Under the pieces are notes generated by a model, which saw nothing but the letters and a program-made list of their open reading frames with translations, ran no database searches and was not told where the DNA came from. Below are positions 29,849-32,417 of a stretch of DNA of 32,417 nt, piece by piece. A program made the position numbers and the translations under genes. How positions within the stretch are numbered: the stretch's first letter is position 1; each line of letters starts with the position of its first letter. This DNA comes from a virus, in the IMG/VR virus record IMGVR_UViG_3300045988_085672; one strand, written 5' to 3'.

Positions 29849-31581
29849 TCAAAATTACCTCCGATCCCCGATACCCAGCACGCGGTCAGCGCGTCGCCGC
29901 GCTCCACGGTTACGCGGATATTCAAGCCAAATTGAACCGCCGTGTTGGTTTTGTTCTTGAACACGTGCGCCAGTCCTGCGATAACTGCGTTTGTGCAATC
30001 CTCCCAAATAGGCGCTACGTCGTAAGGATTGTTGCACGCTTCAACCTTAAACGTGCCGCCCGCCGGAATATCCCTGTTTACTTTGATATTGCACCGCGTC
30101 GGCTGTCTGTTTGCCTCCAGCGGCTCCGAAAGGGAAATTACAAAGCTGTTGATCGCCTTTGTGAACGTGAGTGTTCGCGTTGCGCTGTTTCCGGCGCTAT
30201 CGGTCGCGACAATCTCGATCGTGTGCTGGGCGTTTGTCAATCCCGTAAACGTGTTCCCGCTTACGGAAAGGGTAAGCGTTGCGCCCAGCGCGATATTATT
30301 TCGCGTGTTGAACGTGCTTCCGTCGATCTTTTCTACAACGTTTACAACGTCCTTATCCGGATCAGTAACGCTATATTCATAGGTGAAATCCTCTCGCTTC
30401 ACGCCAAGATCAGCGTTCTGCCCGCTGATAACGGGCGGCTGATTGTGAATTACCGCGATCGCTCCGCTTGTCGTGTACGCGGAAGAATTGCCCGCCGTGT
30501 CAACCGCCTTCACGCGGTATTGCAGGGTGTTCCACGCCGTCGATACCATTTCCGAAAATGTGCGCGCGGCGGAACTCTGAACCTGTGTCCACGATCCGCT
30601 GTTTGCGCTCCGCTCGAAAACATAGGTCAGCGCATCGCCGTCCGGATCGGTCGCCGCCGCGCAAGAAATTTCGATATTCTGCCCGCTGTAACATTGTTTC
30701 GGCGCTGTAATGCTGGGTGGCGCGGAAGGCGCGGCGTTGTAGATGATTTCATAATTCCCGCTTGAATTCGGATTGTCAGATACCAAGATTGAAGATTTCA
30801 GATTACAAAGCGGGCGAACGCCCCTGCTCCCGTTGTAAGCGCTGATGTAGTTCAGCGTGCCATCGGAATTGACGTAGCGGACGTACTGCGCGCTCGACGA
30901 ATGAGGCGTGCGAAGCCACCAATACCAGCCCTTTGAAGTTGTAAAATTGCTGTTTGTGTATTCCGAATTGCTTACGCATTCCGGCGTAGGATAGGCGACG
31001 CGGGAAGCGTCGTTGCTGAATAGGGCAAGGCGTGTGCCTTCTGCGATCCCGTTTTCGTTTGCAAGCCCCACTTCGGTGGTAGATGCAAGAAACATTTTCG
31101 CCGTGAAGGTTTCATAACTTCCGCCGTCCGTCGAAGATTTTACGACGGTAAGCGTTGTGTTCATAAGCTCCGCAACGAATTTCGGATCAAGCATAGCAAG
31201 GAAGCCCGCCCAAGCGTCGTATTCGTTGTAGTTGTCCCATACGTTCGCATTCGTCGGCGGCGCGTCCTGTCCGTGCTTTGCGCTGTACCATTTGCCCGCC
31301 GCCGCGTTGCTGTTCAGCCATTGCAAAATGTTTGAATGAATATGCCTGTTGTTGCCGTAATTCTTCCGGTCGCTGTTGCTGTTGCTCGGTTCCTTTGCGT
31401 CCGAACACATAAGCTGGATAATCTTTTCGGCGATCAGCGTAACGGAATTCGCCGGATACCCGCTATGGTTCTTGTCCGCAATCTTGAATACGATCTTCGC
31501 ACCGAAGCGCGATTGATACGCCGGAAGAACCGGAACTTCGATTTTTGTTCCCACGGCAAGGGAACTTAATGCTTTTGACAT
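29845..31581 (-). CDS. DGR target protein 1: tail-fibre/receptor-binding-like protein with an N-terminal DUF6273-like variable domain and C-terminal FN3/Ig-like domains
   Basis: 578 aa from MSKALSSLAVGTKIEV.. (ATG 31581, AGGAGG RBS 7 nt upstream). It overlaps the RT stop by 16 nt. VR1 lies at aa ~225..258 (..WYWWLRTPHSSSAQYVRYVNSDGTLNYISAYNGSRGVRPL..). About 320 aa of beta-rich repeats follow. Confidence 0.85.
   Translation of the reverse strand: MSKALSSLAVGTKIEVPVLPAYQSRFGAKIVFKIADKNHSGYPANSVTLIAEKIIQLMCSDAKEPSNSNSDRKNYGNNRHIHSNILQWLNSNAAAGKWYSAKHGQDAPPTNANVWDNYNEYDAWAGFLAMLDPKFVAELMNTTLTVVKSSTDGGSYETFTAKMFLASTTEVGLANENGIAEGTRLALFSNDASRVAYPTPECVSNSEYTNSNFTTSKGWYWWLRTPHSSSAQYVRYVNSDGTLNYISAYNGSRGVRPLCNLKSSILVSDNPNSSGNYEIIYNAAPSAPPSITAPKQCYSGQNIEISCAAATDPDGDALTYVFERSANSGSWTQVQSSAARTFSEMVSTAWNTLQYRVKAVDTAGNSSAYTTSGAIAVIHNQPPVISGQNADLGVKREDFTYEYSVTDPDKDVVNVVEKIDGSTFNTRNNIALGATLTLSVSGNTFTGLTNAQHTIEIVATDSAGNSATRTLTFTKAINSFVISLSEPLEANRQPTRCNIKVNRDIPAGGTFKVEACNNPYDVAPIWEDCTNAVIAGLAHVFKNKTNTAVQFGLNIRVTVERGDALTACWVSGIGGNFE
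30808..30909 (-). repeat. DGR variable repeat 1 (VR1), 102 nt
   Basis: It aligns to the full TR 449..550. There are 8 mismatches, all at TR plus-strand T (sense A). Confidence 0.93.
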
Positions 31582-32417
31582 TTTTCCGCCTCCTTTGAAT
31601 TGAAAAGCCTGTTGTAATAGTGATCCGTTCGCCGGATCAAGTGATAACAATTTCCCTTTGCGGCGTGTCCCCGCCAGCTTTTGTAAGATTGTTCGACGGT
31701 CGCCGTTATGATTTTGCCCCGCTCCACAAGTCCGCGCATTTTCTTCAATTTGCGCTTCATATTGTTCTTGCTTCTGCGGCGCACCTTCCGGATTACCGCG
31801 CCCGTTTCGGTCAAGTAAGTGTGAAATCCCAAGAAATCCACCCCGTTCCGAAGCGGGTAAATGTTCGTTTTGTTGTTCAAGGACAAGCCGATCGCGGCAA
31901 CGTGTTTTTCGATCTCCGCGCGGCAATACTGCAAATAGGCTTTATCTTCGTGTATCAAGAAGAAATCGTCCATATATCTTCCGTAGTATTTAATGCCAAG
32001 CTTTTCCTTGATGAAGTGATCTAAATTATTGAGGTAAAGAAGGGCGAAAAGCTGTGAAGATTGATTGCCGATCGGAATTCCGACGTTCCCTTCTGTGCTG
32101 TCGATTATCATTTCGACAAGCCACAAAACGTCCGGATCGGTTATCTTCCTGCGGATTAAGGTTTTTAACACGTCGTGCCTAATGGAATAGAAGTATTTTG
32201 ATATATCACCCTTCAATATCCACCCGTCAATCCCGTTTTTACGGTAAAACCTCCGCAAGAATTCTTGAAGCCTGTCTAACCCGTAATGCGTACCTTTGCC
32301 CACTTGCGAAGCGTAGTTATCCGTTATGAACGATCTTGTAAGGATCGGTTCAAGCACGTTATCGCAAAGCGAATGTTGAACAACCTTGTCTTTATAGCTG
32401 TTCGACATAACCACGCG
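31566..32417 (-). CDS. DGR reverse transcriptase, C-terminal part (continues from 1..281 on the circle)
   Basis: The motif IGNQSSQ is the DGR-clade [I/L/V]GxxxSQ signature. The catalytic box is YMDD (RYMDDFFLIHED). The C-terminal segment ..SYKSWRGHAAKGN.. is also present. Confidence 0.92.
   Translation of the reverse strand, partial: RVVMSNSYKDKVVQHSLCDNVLEPILTRSFITDNYASQVGKGTHYGLDRLQEFLRRFYRKNGIDGWILKGDISKYFYSIRHDVLKTLIRRKITDPDVLWLVEMIIDSTEGNVGIPIGNQSSQLFALLYLNNLDHFIKEKLGIKYYGRYMDDFFLIHEDKAYLQYCRAEIEKHVAAIGLSLNNKTNIYPLRNGVDFLGFHTYLTETGAVIRKVRRRSKNNMKRKLKKMRGLVERGKIITATVEQSYKSWRGHAAKGNCYHLIRRTDHYYNRLFNSKEAEKCQKH
32341..32417. repeat. Terminal overlap copy B (identical to 1..77)
   Basis: Read directly, 77/77 identical. 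Confidence 0.95.

Noticed and set aside
31582-31926. N-terminal 115 codons of tracked ORF 29845..31926, which would make a 693-aa target protein
   Set aside because: This part lies entirely inside the RT gene in another frame and is Arg/Gly/Gln-rich. A strong AGGAGG RBS precedes the internal Met at 31581, so I start the gene there.
1-32417. CRISPR arrays, rRNA genes, integrase genes of the tyrosine or serine type
   Set aside because: No regularly spaced direct repeats were seen apart from those listed above. No rRNA-like sequence was seen. No ORF shows the R..HxxR..Y motifs of tyrosine recombinases or the motifs of serine recombinases.

Overview
The window is a complete, circularly closed phage genome. 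The first 77 nt equal the last 77 nt, so the unique length is 32,340 bp. It looks like a temperate siphovirus of a Firmicutes/Clostridia-type host; the host call is inference only, from strong AGGAGG ribosome-binding sites, an amidase-SPOR endolysin and a SleB-like hydrolase. All protein genes except one are on the minus strand. In transcription order (descending coordinates) the genome carries: an XRE regulator; a perfect consensus promoter with an operator-like palindrome driving a small RHH-like gene; an IS30-family DDE transposase, the only recombinase I can see; early genes of unknown function; a SleB-like hydrolase; a counter-restriction set (Lar-like, frameshifted Dam, MazG, DUF4406, beta-class MTase); an HUH rolling-circle Rep flanked by a plus-strand antisense sRNA unit and a large structured non-coding region; VRR-NUC; a RinA/ArpU-like late activator; HNH, TerS, TerL, portal, protease and HK97 capsid; neck and tail genes (G/GT -1 frameshift, 976-aa tape measure, Dit, Gp37-like); a diversity-generating retroelement (DGR); and the lysis cassette. 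The main system is the DGR: avd (573..977), a 102-nt TR (449..550), a 167-nt spacer, and an RT that spans the window junction (281..1 joined to 32417..31566). It has two variable repeats. VR1 (30808..30909) lies inside a tail-fibre-like gene whose start overlaps the RT stop. VR2 (19173..19250) lies about 13.5 kb away in a small gene in the early/replication region. All 19 TR/VR mismatches fall on TR adenines. DGRs are an established system; what is unusual here is the gene order, the internal VR position, the remote truncated second VR in a non-structural context, and the neighbouring regulatory RNA features. No tRNA, rRNA or CRISPR array was seen. All protein functions are assigned from motifs read by eye, with no database search.
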